A stretch of 64,000 nt of DNA from Diplonema japonicum (Eukaryota; Protista; Euglenozoa: Diplonemea). The stretch spans positions 248,001 through 312,000 of the forward strand of contig OZ025747.1 of NCBI GenBank assembly GCA_964019335.1, given 5' to 3'. The notes beneath the pieces are model-generated. The model had not been told where the DNA came from and searched no databases. It saw nothing but the letters and a program-made list of their open reading frames with translations. This document shows, piece after piece, positions 1 through 10,962 of this stretch (positions within the stretch are counted from its first letter, which is position 1; every line of letters begins with the position of its first letter). The position numbers were made by a program, and so were the translations under genes.

Positions 1-69
1 AATCTAAAAAAAAAAAAAAAAAAGTCCCTCCAGGCCAGTGAGAAGGCAGAAAAGGGGAGGGGAAAAAAA

Positions 70-1160
70 ATGACCTTTCTTGTGAGCAATTGGGAGTCCG
101 AATCCGAGCCCGAGGCGGACTGCCAGACGGAGGGGCAACAAGAACCAACATCCCCTGTAGCAGGCACTAAAAGGAAGAGGGAAGATGCAGAGGAAGAATC
201 GGAACAAGAAGAGAAAGAGGACACACAGCCACTAGCAAAGAAGGCCAGAAGGTCTTACATACCTGGCATGTTGATGGGCTTGTGGCGATGGCTGACTAGG
301 CAAACGGAACAAGAGGAAAGTGAAGAGGAAGAAGAAGGAGAAGGAGAAGAACAACAACCAGAGGCAGAGCCTGAGCCCACCCCATACACCGGGAGGGACG
401 GCCTGCTCTGCCTCATGAGGCACTCGACACGTCAAGATGTCAATGGGTTCGAGGCAGCACCCCTTGACCAGTGGCCAGACAAGGTGTGTGCAGATAGATA
501 TCGCGACAAAATATTTCACACAACACGACACAACAGATGCACCGTCCGTACGACCCGCCTATCTCCGACTACGACCTGCCTGCAGAGGCAGGGTTGAAGC
601 TAAAGAAATATAACTTTCAGGTAATAATATAGCGGGCAAACAAAAAAAAAAAAAAAAAGGCAATAGTAAGCTCCCCGTACCGCCGGTGTCTCGAGACGGC
701 TGGGATCGTAGCCCGCACGATAGGAGTTGATGTGGTTCATGTGGACGACAGGCTGGGGGAATGGTGCGTGGAGGTGGCGAGATGCTGCAGAGGTGCTGGC
801 TTGAATGAGATGCCTATGGAACGGCTGTCTGAGGAGGAAGCCGAAAAAGAACTTGGCGGGGGTGGCGTCAGGCTGGGGGAGTGGAACAAAGTAGACATCG
901 GCCTGGCAGACGCTGCAGGGCTCATGGACCGCGTTCATGGCGCTGTGGCTGATATTACTCAGACACACGGCCCCACCAACGTCCTCCTTGTGAGCCATGG
1001 TGATGTTGCCAACAGATGGCTTCCTGAAGCTGAGTACATAGAGGAGTACAGCTACATTAAACTTAACGAATCTGGTTTCGTAGTGCTGAAGTCAAACGAG
1101 GCAGGCACACGGCCCACTGTACTAGACATTGTAGAGAGCCACCTTACCGAAGAGATGTGA
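70..1160 (+). CDS. Histidine phosphatase (phosphoglycerate mutase superfamily) with acidic/basic N-terminal extension; exons 70-483, 537-620, 660-1160 (332 aa)
   Basis: After removing GT-AG introns 484-536 and 621-659 the motifs join in frame: LMRHSTRQD (RHG-type), PYDPPI, IVSSPYRRCLETA, DDRLGE, LLVSHGD. Confidence 0.85.
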
Positions 1161-1715
1161 CGATGGCTAGGGGGGTGGAGGTGCCCTTGATGTGAGATAT
1201 TTGTTTTATAAAGAGGAATCTTGCTCGGTGTGTTATTATTATTATTTTTTTTTTTTAATTCTTACCCATTACCGTGAAGCTTTTTTTTTTTTTAAAGAAG
1301 TGAGTGCCCCCCTTTTAAAATAAAATAAAAAAAATCACACTTTATCCTAGTTTTGAGGTTTTTTCTTCTTTTTTTTTTCTTTGCAAGGGGAGTTGTTGAG
1401 GACTTTAGAAAAAAAGAAAAAAAAAATAATTGGAAGAATCTCGTCTAGTAGATTTCGTACAGGTTTGTCTTCTCATGTTAACTGAAAACAGATTCTTTAT
1501 GCTCCTGGGTGCCTCCAGGAGCCTGTTTTTTTTAATTCCTTCCCTTGTGCCTGGCCTTGTAGCGGCACTCCTCCTATTTCTTTCGATTCTAAAAAAATAT
1601 AAGAAAATAATTTTTTTTCTTACGTGTTTTTCGGTTAAACTACTCCGGTTTCCACCCCCCCCCCCCCCCCCCCGCACGTTCAATTAACAGTTTCTTTTTT
1701 TTTTTTTCCCTTCTA

Positions 1716-2783
1716 CAGGGCCCCCGGTAAGGTGGGGATAGACCGGCGATGCCGGTCTAAGCAATTCTTTTTGAAAACGCCGCCGATCTACGTGGACCGG
1801 CGAATTTCTAGTACCTGCGGTAGGCCATAAGGAGGCAGGGGTTACCCCTTTTGTGAGGAATTTTTCTCTTTTTATTAATCACGGGGTGTGTGGTTTTAGT
1901 TGCATTGCCTGCACCCACTGAATAATAAACTGCAGAAGAGTTCCCTCTCATTCGGTTCTGTGAACGGGCTGCTTCATGGAGCAATCATGAAGCTCGCTGA
2001 ATCGGCAGCTCATGTCGAGAACCCCCCATGGACGAACTTTTGCGTGTCCCACGGAGTCCAACTCAGTTCCACGGCATCCAGTCTGTACCACGAAAAGGTA
2101 CACAAACTGTACTTCAGCGTTCTGATGAGCCGGAGTTGCAAGCTGCCGGTTTATTCGATCTTGACCATAAAATCTATGCAGGGGACAGGCCCGAAATCGA
2201 AACAGCTAAGCAGTTGGTCGAGCCGCTGCTTCACCACTTAGGCAATCAGTTCTTTATAGAACTTGGCAAAGAGACAAAGGATAAAGTGTGGAAGAGGGTG
2301 CAGCAGCTGAAGCCAGATAACTGGGTTAATGCCGTGCGAGAAGACATCAGTCTAGTGGTGACTGAGCTTGTCAAGACACCATCGGGAGACTCTAGAGGGC
2401 TCTTTCCTAAGCCCTGCATCGATAGAGTTCTTCTTGCTGCTATCCGCAATTCCCTGCTCTACAACCTGAGAAACTGAACTGTCTATTGGTGATAAGCACG
2501 GAGGGGGCAGATGTTCCGAGTGAAGACCTCATCAGTTGCGTCATAAGACGGTTTCATGATATGCCGACAAGCAGACGGCATGTGAACCTTACTGAGGCTG
2601 AGTTTCTGGAGGAGTAGCACAAACGTTCAGGGAGAAAAAAAAAAGTGTTCAAGCCTACGAGAGGCCCAATTAACGTTCACCCCTATTTTTTTTCTTTTTT
2701 TTTGAAAAAAAAAGGGTCTAAAAATCGGCCAAAAAGCACCGCAGGTCTATCGAAAAAAAACCCATTTTGAACCGGGGGCCCTG
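1716..2783 (+). mobile_element. Non-autonomous (internally deleted) hAT DNA transposon
   Basis: Perfect 13-bp TIRs CAGGGCCCCCGGT (1716-1728) / ACCGGGGGCCCTG (2771-2783); direct repeat CTTCTA at 1710-1715 and 2784-2789; subterminal GATAGACCNGCG motif at both ends; frameshifted transposase remnants inside. Confidence 0.85.
1900..2617 (+). pseudogene. hAT transposase C-terminal fragments, frameshifted
   Basis: LHPLNNKLQKSSLSFGSVNGLLHGAIMKL resembles the hAT 'LN..LQ' helix; IRNSL followed (other frame) by LQPEKLNCLLVISTEG...IRRF...SRR resembles the end of the hAT dimerisation domain. Confidence 0.65.
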
Positions 2784-3064
2784 CTTCTACAGCGGGTGGA
2801 AAAAATATACAACTATGAGCCCCAGAGGACGCTCACGAAGGGCTACCAAAAAGGGCAAAAAAAAAAAAATTCCTCCCACAAAATAGTTTTCCTCTTTTTC
2901 TCCCTCACCTTGTTAAAAAAAAAAAATGTAGCTTTCTGTTTTTTTTTTTTTCTTCTTCTTCTTTCTTGCCCTGTTATTTTTATTAGCTCCCCCTTTGCCA
3001 ATTTTCCTTTTTTTTTCCCCAAGAAATCTATAGAATAAAAAAAAAGGGGGGGAGAGAGAAAGAA

Positions 3065-3430
3065 ATGGATCTCGATAGCCTACTTAAATACCAGTTTATA
3101 TACTTCCTGTTCGGGCTTGGGTTCAACGTATTCAATGCAATCCACATGGCCCGTGGAGGGAAGCAGTACTCTCCCACCCCACCCAAGGTAGGTGGTGTCA
3201 CCATGTCCTTGTATGGGCTATCGTTGTTGCTTGGCTTATACAGGCACATGCCAGCTTACAAAGCATGCATGTGTTTGTTTATTGTGGTTCTTGGTGTGTT
3301 TGCTGTGGGCAACAACCTGAGAAACTTCAGCAAGATCAAGCAGCTCTACCTGTCCATTGTCACGTACGCAGCAGGCACAGGGATGAACGCGTGTGGCATG
3401 GTGCTCAACATAATGGCGCTGGGGTACTAA
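3065..3430 (+). CDS. Small 4-TM membrane protein of unknown function (121 aa)
   Basis: Clean ATG-to-TAA ORF with coding-like composition between homopolymer spacers; four hydrophobic segments. Confidence 0.7.
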   Translation: MDLDSLLKYQFIYFLFGLGFNVFNAIHMARGGKQYSPTPPKVGGVTMSLYGLSLLLGLYRHMPAYKACMCLFIVVLGVFAVGNNLRNFSKIKQLYLSIVTYAAGTGMNACGMVLNIMALGY

Positions 3431-3635
3431 AAAAAAAAAAAGAAAAAAAAGGGGGGGGGTAAACGTTTAATGTGGTAATTTTTTTTGTTTCCGAGTGGAA
3501 GAAAATGTTTTTTTTCTTGTTGTTATCCTTTTTTTCTGTTCGTTCCGTTGTCACGTCATGCCCACCACAGACGGGGGCTCGAGAAGGACCCCCCCCCCCC
3601 CCCCCCCCCCTACCAACAATGGAATGGATCGTCGG

Positions 3636-3842
3636 GAAGGAAGGAACTCTTTCGAAGTGAAAAAAATGCAGCAGCTCCTGGGAAAGATGGCAGAGACACT
3701 TACATACTTGCATACAAGGGCGTGAATAGTTGAGTGAGTTGGTTCTCCGTCTCGGCAGGTAGGTAAGAAGCCCTTCGGCATGAAAGTGGTAAAGCACGAC
3801 AAGAAAGGACAATGTATGCACACACTGTGTCGTGCCTTGTGA
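3636..3842 (+). pseudogene. Scrambled fragments of a paralog of the downstream kinase
   Basis: 3636-3725 resembles 4636-4723; 3728-3753 resembles 5039-5064; about 3757-3800 resembles 4402-4445; about 3828-3840 resembles 4513-4525; no intact frame. Confidence 0.7.
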
Positions 3843-3878
3843 GCCACTGTCGGGAGCTTCAGCAGTGGTGTACGCTCT

Positions 3879-3924
<46 letters not shown>

Positions 3925-3964
3925 CTATTCACCTGCGGGTGTACTTTGAACTCTCGAGAGGTGG

Positions 3965-4114
3965 CTTCATCGCTGATGAGTCCCTAGGCCTGTACAAAGC
4001 CTCTTGTTAGTTCCGCGGTCCGGTGGGAAGGGACGAAACCGCATTGCAGAGCGTTAGCAAAAGGACCCGAGATGTGGCCAAAAACCCGCTCCGATCGGCA
4101 ATGGGTTCATGGGG
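3965..4114 (+). ncRNA. Hammerhead ribozyme-like motif (possibly degenerate)
   Basis: CTGATGA (3973-3979) + stem II GTCCCT/AGGGAC (3980-3985/4029-4034) + GAAAC (4035-4039); imperfect stems I and III. Confidence 0.5.
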
Positions 4115-4314
4115 AGCGGCGGGACGGTTCGGAGCATCGCTTTTCAATGGTTTCAGGAGTGCGAGGACAATCTTCTTTTTCCAAGAAGCTGTACCTGTAT
4201 GGTTCCCCTCCCCCTTTTTTTTTTAAATTACTAGAAATGGTCTTATCTTCTTTCTTCGTTCCGCTGCCGTACCACACTCACAGTAAGGTATTTTGAAAAA
4301 GCAAGCCGTCAGCA

Positions 4315-7044
4315 ATGCAACAGTCATGGAACCTCTTGAAGTACACGCAACAGGACCACCTCGGGTCCGGTGGGCAAGGCTCGGTGTACAAGGCAATGAG
4401 AGAGGTGGACAACAAACCCTTCGCCATGAAAGTGGTTAAGGCAGCAACAGAGGAAGCCCACCGCAGCAACGTGCGCGAGGTGCAGAACATGCTGAATTTA
4501 AATCACAAGAACGTGGTCCCTTGTGTGGACTACTACGCGAAAAAGAAGCAACTGGGACAGGACCCCGTCGTCATGGAGTGGCAGCTCCACATCGTGATGC
4601 CCCTGTACAAGGGTGACCTCCAAGCACTCATCGAGAAGGAAGGACCTCTTTCGAAAAATGCAGCGGCGAAGCTTCTGCATGAGATGGCAGAGGCGCTTAC
4701 ATACTTACACGACAAGGGTGTGATCCACAGAGACGTGAAACCACAGAACATTATGCTGACAAGCAGCGACCCAACGGCTCAATTCATCCTGGCAGACCTC
4801 GGAGTGTCGAAAACCGTTACTTCTGCTGACAGCATAGTAGGCACACCTGCTTTCATGGCACCTGACTACGAACACGGTCCTTACAGCAACAAGGTGGACA
4901 TGTGGGCACTCGGAGCAACTGTGTGCTACGCCGTTCTCAACGAGGAGCTGAGAGACCGCTTCCTGAGATATCTAAGGGTGAACCGCGACCTTGTGATGAG
5001 AGAGCTGCGCGCCACTCTTCCAAGGCTTATCGGCGAACAGTTGAGTGAGTTGGTGCTCCGCCTCTTCTCTATCAACCCTTCGGAACGCCCCACCTCCGAA
5101 GAAGTGCTGATTCTAACTTCTCCAGAACCGCCTCAGAATGTAGAAAGCCGCACTTCCATAGTGCTTGCGGCTCTTGCAACCGTTGGCGGAGAAGAAAGGA
5201 GTAAAATGATAACCATAGCAGTGGGAGCGGGTGTGGACAAGGTGAAGACAGCGGCGGAGCTGGAGTATGGGGTGGGGATACGCAGGATGGAGGTCTTCAA
5301 CAACGACTTAGCGATGTTCGTGGACGCTGACAGCAGGACTGTGTTCCAGAACAAGGGGAAGGTGAGGGTGTTCCTAGTGGATACAGAAGGCCGGCAACAA
5401 GACCAAATAGAAATAAGACACGACAGGCTTGGCTCACTCGAATCAATGGAGGAACCTCCACCATGCCTGGTGATCGACTTCACAGGGGTTGCTTTGGTGG
5501 ATATGAATGCCGAGCACGTAGCTCTCGTGGAGAACTTTGAAAGCGTGAAGCTGAAAGGGGTCATCGGGAACGTGGCGGATAGATTCCTGAACATGAGTAG
5601 CACCGCGCAACTGAAGCACCTGAGCATCGAACTGGTCTCTTCCATCCGCATAGGGAAAAAATTTTTGTACCGTTGTGAAAGCTTGCTCACGGTGACATTC
5701 ACTGGGACGGGGTGTGTCACGAGTTTGGGAAACGATGCCTTTCTGGAGTGCAGTGCTCTGCAGAATGTCGACCTAAGCCGTTTCGGTGGTGTCACCGCCA
5801 TCCGTGAGGGATTCTTGCGTGAGTGTCAATCCCTGCGTACCCTCGACCTGAGCGTGTTTGCTAATGTAACTTCCATCGGGAACGACTTCCTGTCAGGGTG
5901 CCGTGATTTGGATGTCGTGAGCTTTCGCGTGTTTTCCAAGGTCACCAAGATCTGCAATAGGTTCATGAGGCGATGCGAGACGATTCAGAGCATCGATTTC
6001 AATGGTTTCACCAACGTGATTACAATCGGCGATGGGTTCTTAGAGGAGTGCAAGGAGCTCGAGTCCGTAAACTTGAGCGCATTTGGTAAGGTCATCAACA
6101 TCGGGGGAACCTTCATGTCGAAGTGCAGCTGCCTGCAGACGATCGACCTGAGCGCCTTTGCGAACCTCACTGCTGTCAGCCCGTACTTTTTATGGGGGTG
6201 TGAGAGGCTGCACAACGTCGACATCAGCGGTTTCAACAAAGTTGCTGAGATCAACTCCAACTTCCTTTACGAGTGCAGATCGTTGTGCAACGTTGAGATG
6301 GGCTCATTCAAGAACGTGACTCGGATCGATGACCACTTCTTGGCGAGGTGCGAGATGCTGCAGACCATTGATTTGAGCGCGTTAACCAAGGTAGCTAACG
6401 TCGGGCACAATTTTTTAGCCGACTGTGAGAGCCTGCGTGAAGTTGACTTGAAAGTGTTGGGGAGGATCACCAAGATCGATAAGAGTTGGTTGTCTGGGTG
6501 CAAAAGGCTGCAAAGCGTCGATTTGAGCGGGTTCACAGAGGTGACTAGGATCGACGAATATTTTTTGCGATCATGCGAGGCCCTGCAGAGCGTCGATTTG
6601 AGCTCGTTGACCAACGTCACTGTCATAGGCAGGGGTTTCTTGGAAAGGTGCGATTCGATGCGTGAGGTTGATTTGCGTGCTTTCACCAACGTTACCATTG
6701 TCGATGATTCGTTCTTAGAGGCCTGCATAAACCTGAAGCGGGTCGACTTGCGCGCGTTCACTAACGTCACCGCAGTTGGAAGCAGGTTCCTCTCGGAGTG
6801 CACCGCTCTCTCAGCGGTCGACCTGGGCCCCTTGGGAAGGGTGACCCAGATCGGCTATTCCTTCTTGAGTGGCTGCACGGCGCTGAAGGTAGTTGATTTG
6901 CGTGGGCTTGAGAAAGTTACAAAGATAGGTAGTCACCTCTTGGATGACTGCGCGGGGCTGCAAGCCATCGACGTGAATACAAATTTCTCGCTGGACGACT
7001 TCCCGTCCTCTCTGATTGGAGTTGTGAGGGTCGCCTCCTCTTGA
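4315..7044 (+). CDS. Ser/Thr protein kinase with about 18 C-terminal 25-aa LRRs (BspA/TpLRR-like), 909 aa, intronless
   Basis: GSGGQGSV, FAMK, HRDVKPQN, DLG, GTPAFMAPD, DMWALG; repeats LxxVDLSxFxxVTxIxxxFLxxCxx; no signal peptide or TM. Confidence 0.92.
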   Translation: MQQSWNLLKYTQQDHLGSGGQGSVYKAMREVDNKPFAMKVVKAATEEAHRSNVREVQNMLNLNHKNVVPCVDYYAKKKQLGQDPVVMEWQLHIVMPLYKGDLQALIEKEGPLSKNAAAKLLHEMAEALTYLHDKGVIHRDVKPQNIMLTSSDPTAQFILADLGVSKTVTSADSIVGTPAFMAPDYEHGPYSNKVDMWALGATVCYAVLNEELRDRFLRYLRVNRDLVMRELRATLPRLIGEQLSELVLRLFSINPSERPTSEEVLILTSPEPPQNVESRTSIVLAALATVGGEERSKMITIAVGAGVDKVKTAAELEYGVGIRRMEVFNNDLAMFVDADSRTVFQNKGKVRVFLVDTEGRQQDQIEIRHDRLGSLESMEEPPPCLVIDFTGVALVDMNAEHVALVENFESVKLKGVIGNVADRFLNMSSTAQLKHLSIELVSSIRIGKKFLYRCESLLTVTFTGTGCVTSLGNDAFLECSALQNVDLSRFGGVTAIREGFLRECQSLRTLDLSVFANVTSIGNDFLSGCRDLDVVSFRVFSKVTKICNRFMRRCETIQSIDFNGFTNVITIGDGFLEECKELESVNLSAFGKVINIGGTFMSKCSCLQTIDLSAFANLTAVSPYFLWGCERLHNVDISGFNKVAEINSNFLYECRSLCNVEMGSFKNVTRIDDHFLARCEMLQTIDLSALTKVANVGHNFLADCESLREVDLKVLGRITKIDKSWLSGCKRLQSVDLSGFTEVTRIDEYFLRSCEALQSVDLSSLTNVTVIGRGFLERCDSMREVDLRAFTNVTIVDDSFLEACINLKRVDLRAFTNVTAVGSRFLSECTALSAVDLGPLGRVTQIGYSFLSGCTALKVVDLRGLEKVTKIGSHLLDDCAGLQAIDVNTNFSLDDFPSSLIGVVRVASS

Positions 7045-7251
7045 AGAAAAGATTATGAATCTTTATTAAACGTAATGTTCATTTTTTTTTTTTTTTTTTT
7101 TTTTTTTTTAGCCATGTTCTGAAACGTTTAGCTCCCTGGTCGTTGCAATGGCCTATAGGGAGGTATTTGCACGATTCAGTTTACAGTATAGTTTTTTTCT
7201 TTTTTCTTTTTCTTTTTTCTCTCTTGCCTCTCCCCTCCAACAAAAAAGGAA

Positions 7252-7451
7252 NNNNNNNNNNNNNNNNNNNNNNNNNNNNNNNNNNNNNNNNNNNNNNNNN
7301 NNNNNNNNNNNNNNNNNNNNNNNNNNNNNNNNNNNNNNNNNNNNNNNNNNNNNNNNNNNNNNNNNNNNNNNNNNNNNNNNNNNNNNNNNNNNNNNNNNNN
7401 NNNNNNNNNNNNNNNNNNNNNNNNNNNNNNNNNNNNNNNNNNNNNNNNNNN
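7252..7451. other. Assembly gap (200 N)
   Basis: Run of N. Confidence 1.
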
Positions 7452-8099
7452 TTTACTTAAGGGGGGGTAGCAGCTCCCACCACGTTTGCCTGGAAGGGCT
7501 TTATTCCTTGTGCTGAGCCAAAATGTCACCCTGCGTGGCAGTTTGAATTTTTCTTCCCCTTTCAATGCACCAACAAACAGCACCCACGGGATCTTTAACT
7601 TCTCATAAACCCGTACTTCTTTCGTCAGATTGACCAGTTCGACTACCCAAGGCACGTTGAGCAGCTGGCTTGTGAGGGGCCCAACTTTGGTGCTGACACC
7701 CCCGGCCAGCTCACCCCCGAGATAAACTCCTTACACCGGGCCAGTACAAACCCCCGAAAGCATCTTGGCGGCCTCTGCCTCGGTCAGAAGACGGCAGCAA
7801 CAGGTTCAACAGAGCCCCCGGTTTCTTCCAAACGGAAATACTGGACGTTGCTATTCCACCCTACCACACCCTGGCCGCCGCGACGCCGTGATAGCTGCGT
7901 ATCGCCCAATACGGGATTTAGCATCCTTCGGGGGCTGAAAGATTTTTGCTTGAGTCGATAGGTAAACGGGCTTGGTGAGCCTATCCCAGCACAACAAATA
8001 TGCACCTATGCAGAAGGGCTGCTGTGCGCCAATCCAGCCCGAAAGACAGACCTGGTAGACTTTGGTGGGGCACTGTCCTTTTCCACTGGCTAGGCTGAC

Positions 8100-8965
8100 A
8101 AAATTTTGCAGCAAGAAAGACAAAAGCCGCAAGCCACCTCCGGAAAGCCCGGAAACGAGAAGGACAACGAGAAGGCACGCTGTTTCACCATGGAATTCAG
8201 GTCCATATTCGACACCCATAAAGTAAGGCCGGAATTGGTCTGGAATACGGGGTTAAAACCAAAACAAAAAGGGGTGCTAAGGTCGTAAAAGTCCGTGGCT
8301 TGGGGGACAAAACGGGCTATAACCGAACAGCTGGCTGTTTCCTTGGCTGGATGGTTAAATACAAAGGCAAAGCGGAAACGCAACCGGCAGGGATTATCCG
8401 TGCCCCGGTCAAGCACCCGCCCACCGAATGGAGCCTAACGGCATCGCCCAATCATTGGGCTAATTATGATACTCGGTATCTGGGTTACGGAGCTGTTTCT
8501 TCCTTTTTGCTATAAATCATCGATTCCCATGGTTTTGCCGAACGGGCCGATTCTGCTGCTTGTCGGCGACCACAACTCTCACACGACCTATGCCTATGGG
8601 TTCGTAGAGTGGTTCGCAGGCGCAAACGTGCACATTGCTTTTGTCCCCCTGGGCTCACCTACATGGTTCAACCGATGGATATTGGGTTGAACGCAGCTGT
8701 AAAGCATCTATTAAGAAAGGTAGTAGGCCACACGAAGGCTCGACAAGCTTAATTGCCTCAGGGGCAGCAAGGGAGGACAAAGATGCAGAAAGGGAACCCT
8801 GGGGGTTTCTTCGCGCGGTTGCCGTTTGCAGCCCTGGCCAGTATGTAGGTGGTAGTGGACCAGGCCCCCTGACGGCCTTACCTAAAAAAAATTCCCGGAC
8901 GGAAAAATTCCCGGACGCCAAAAAAACTCGGACATTTTTCCGTCCGGGAGTTTTTCGTTTTACAG
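8100..8965 (+). mobile_element. Degenerate pogo-like (DDE_1) transposon: transposase pseudogene plus candidate right end
   Basis: Frameshifted motifs HKVRPELVWN, GAKVVKVRGLGDK, SPNHWAN, PILLLVGDHNSH, ANVHIAFVP; repeated CCCGGACG subterminal motifs 8893-8950 ending ...TTTTACAG before (TA)n; left end not seen (may be in the gap). Confidence 0.7.
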
Positions 8966-8967
8966 TA

Positions 8968-9000
<33 letters not shown>

Positions 9001-9246
9001 CAATTCAAGTATCAACGAGCACTCCTTCTACCTCGTACCGCGGCGTGTACCTGTCTTCGATCATCCTTTGATGTCACGTAAGCCGGAGGTGACCCCAGCA
9101 CGAAATGGGTATCGACACTGTTGCCCTGGTGAATTCTTTGTTCAAATTAAAGACTAAAAAAAAAAAAAAAAAAAAAAAACCAGACGTGTAAAGGGGTTGG
9201 GGAGAGAGGGGAGAGAAGATTTAAAAAAAAAAAAAAAAAAAAAAAA

Positions 9247-10800
9247 ATGTCGGTATCCGTAAAAATAGTAAAAGCAGTGGGGCTCGTCAAAAAGGATGCG
9301 AAGAAGGACCTCTCCGCCTACGTGACGGTCAGGTTCGCAGGCGAAGAAGAGTCGACAGCAGTGAAGCAAGGCTCCGCCAACCCCGTATGGAATGAGACAC
9401 TAGAACTGTCAACGGCAGAGGAAGACGGCACCATGTCCATCGAAGTCTACGACAGAAATATGATGAGGAGAAAGTTGTTGGGAAAGGCCCAGCTCAACAT
9501 AAAAGAAAAACACGGCGGTGTCGTCCTAAAACTACGAGGCGAACGCCGCACCTCACGGCCTGTCTCCCTCGGCACAATCTCGCTGGAGTGGACCGTGAAC
9601 ACAGATCTATGCGAATTCAAGCAGAATCTTACCCTTCTCACAGAGAATTCCTACCACATAACCCTGCCTATCATGTGGCTTTCCGACCTCCTATCATGGC
9701 ACAGACCGTCGGAAACCGCATTTTTCTTACTTCTATGGACGTATACCTGTCTTTACAACCAGTTCGATTTGTTGGTTCCAGCAGTTGTTGTGGGGGTGAT
9801 GCTCAATTCTTTTTACCAGCACTGCAGGTGGGGTCCGGAGCCTCCGAAGGAAGCATCGATTGAAAGCAGATACCCTGATCCGTTCAAATTCCTGGGTGAT
9901 GGGAAGCAAGAGTCGCAACGGTTGTACGCCAGCCAGGTTTGGTTGGGTGACCTCGTCAACAACTTGGACAGTGTGTGGGATGTTGTGTCTTTCAAGAATG
10001 TGAAGGTGTCAAATTTCATCGTGAATTTTTTGCTGGCGTGGATTGTGCTGGAGCTTGTGGGGTTCTGCCCCGGTTTGAACGTTCTTGCGATGCTTGCTGT
10101 GTGGGTAGTGTTTCTTCTGTACCCTATGCACGTCAACTTCCCCAACATTGCTGCTCACTACAACCTCTTCACCTTTTTGACCGACGCGGAGGTTTCAATG
10201 GGCGGCAACACCTCACAACGGATCACCTACCAGCCTCTTGAGTCCACACCTGCAGCTACGCCGCAGCAAAATCCTTCTTCAACACCGCAGAATGCTGCGC
10301 TGGCCGGGTCGGTGTCTACTTGGCTTGAATCGACCTCCAACCCACCTTCTCCAGATGGCGCGGAGAAGCGTCCTGTGAAGCCAGCCGATACTGAGTTGTT
10401 GAACAGGTCTTCCCTGTCGCCTCAGAGGTTGACCGAATGGGGGGTGTCTCATACCTTGATTACTAAGACGGAGACGCGGAAGGACACTACTTATTACAAA
10501 CTTGAGGTTTGGGAGGGTTTTTTTTTTTTTTTTTTAGGGGAAAAAAAAAAAAAAAAAAAAAAAAAAAACAGACCGAGTTTCTCAACGGGGACACCCGTGA
10601 GATCTGGCACAGGTACAGTCATTTCCGTTCTTTAAAAGCTGCTGTTGATAAGGTAATATAAAAAAAAAAGTTGGGAGGGGGGGAAGAAGTGAATTTAAAA
10701 AAAAAAAAAAAACAGTATGACACGATGCCCCATCCCCCACCGTTCCCGGGAAAAACCTTTGGGAAGGTATGTTGCATATTGAAAAGGAAAAAAAAAAGAG

Positions 10801-10834
<34 letters not shown>

Positions 10835-10962
10835 AGTGCGAAGGGAAGGAGTTGCTCAAACGTCAAAAGGCACTTGAGGCCTTCGTCATTGAGGTCACGA
10901 ACAGGTCTCACGCGAACATGCGCCTACGTGGCGTTGTGTCGAGGTTCTTGGGAACTAGATGA
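9247..10962 (+). CDS. C2 domain + membrane-hairpin region + C-terminal PX domain protein; exons 9247-10506, 10572-10652, 10716-10766, 10837-10962 (505 aa)
   Basis: C2 motifs (AYVTVRF, NPVWNE, IEVYDRN, LLGKA); hydrophobic MCTP-like segments; spliced tail gives PX motifs WHRYSHFRSL, PPFPGK, KRQKALEAF. Confidence 0.85.

Noticed and set aside
2028-2477. 149-aa ORF as an independent gene
   Set aside because: It lies between hAT TIRs and is continuous, via frameshifts, with transposase remnants.
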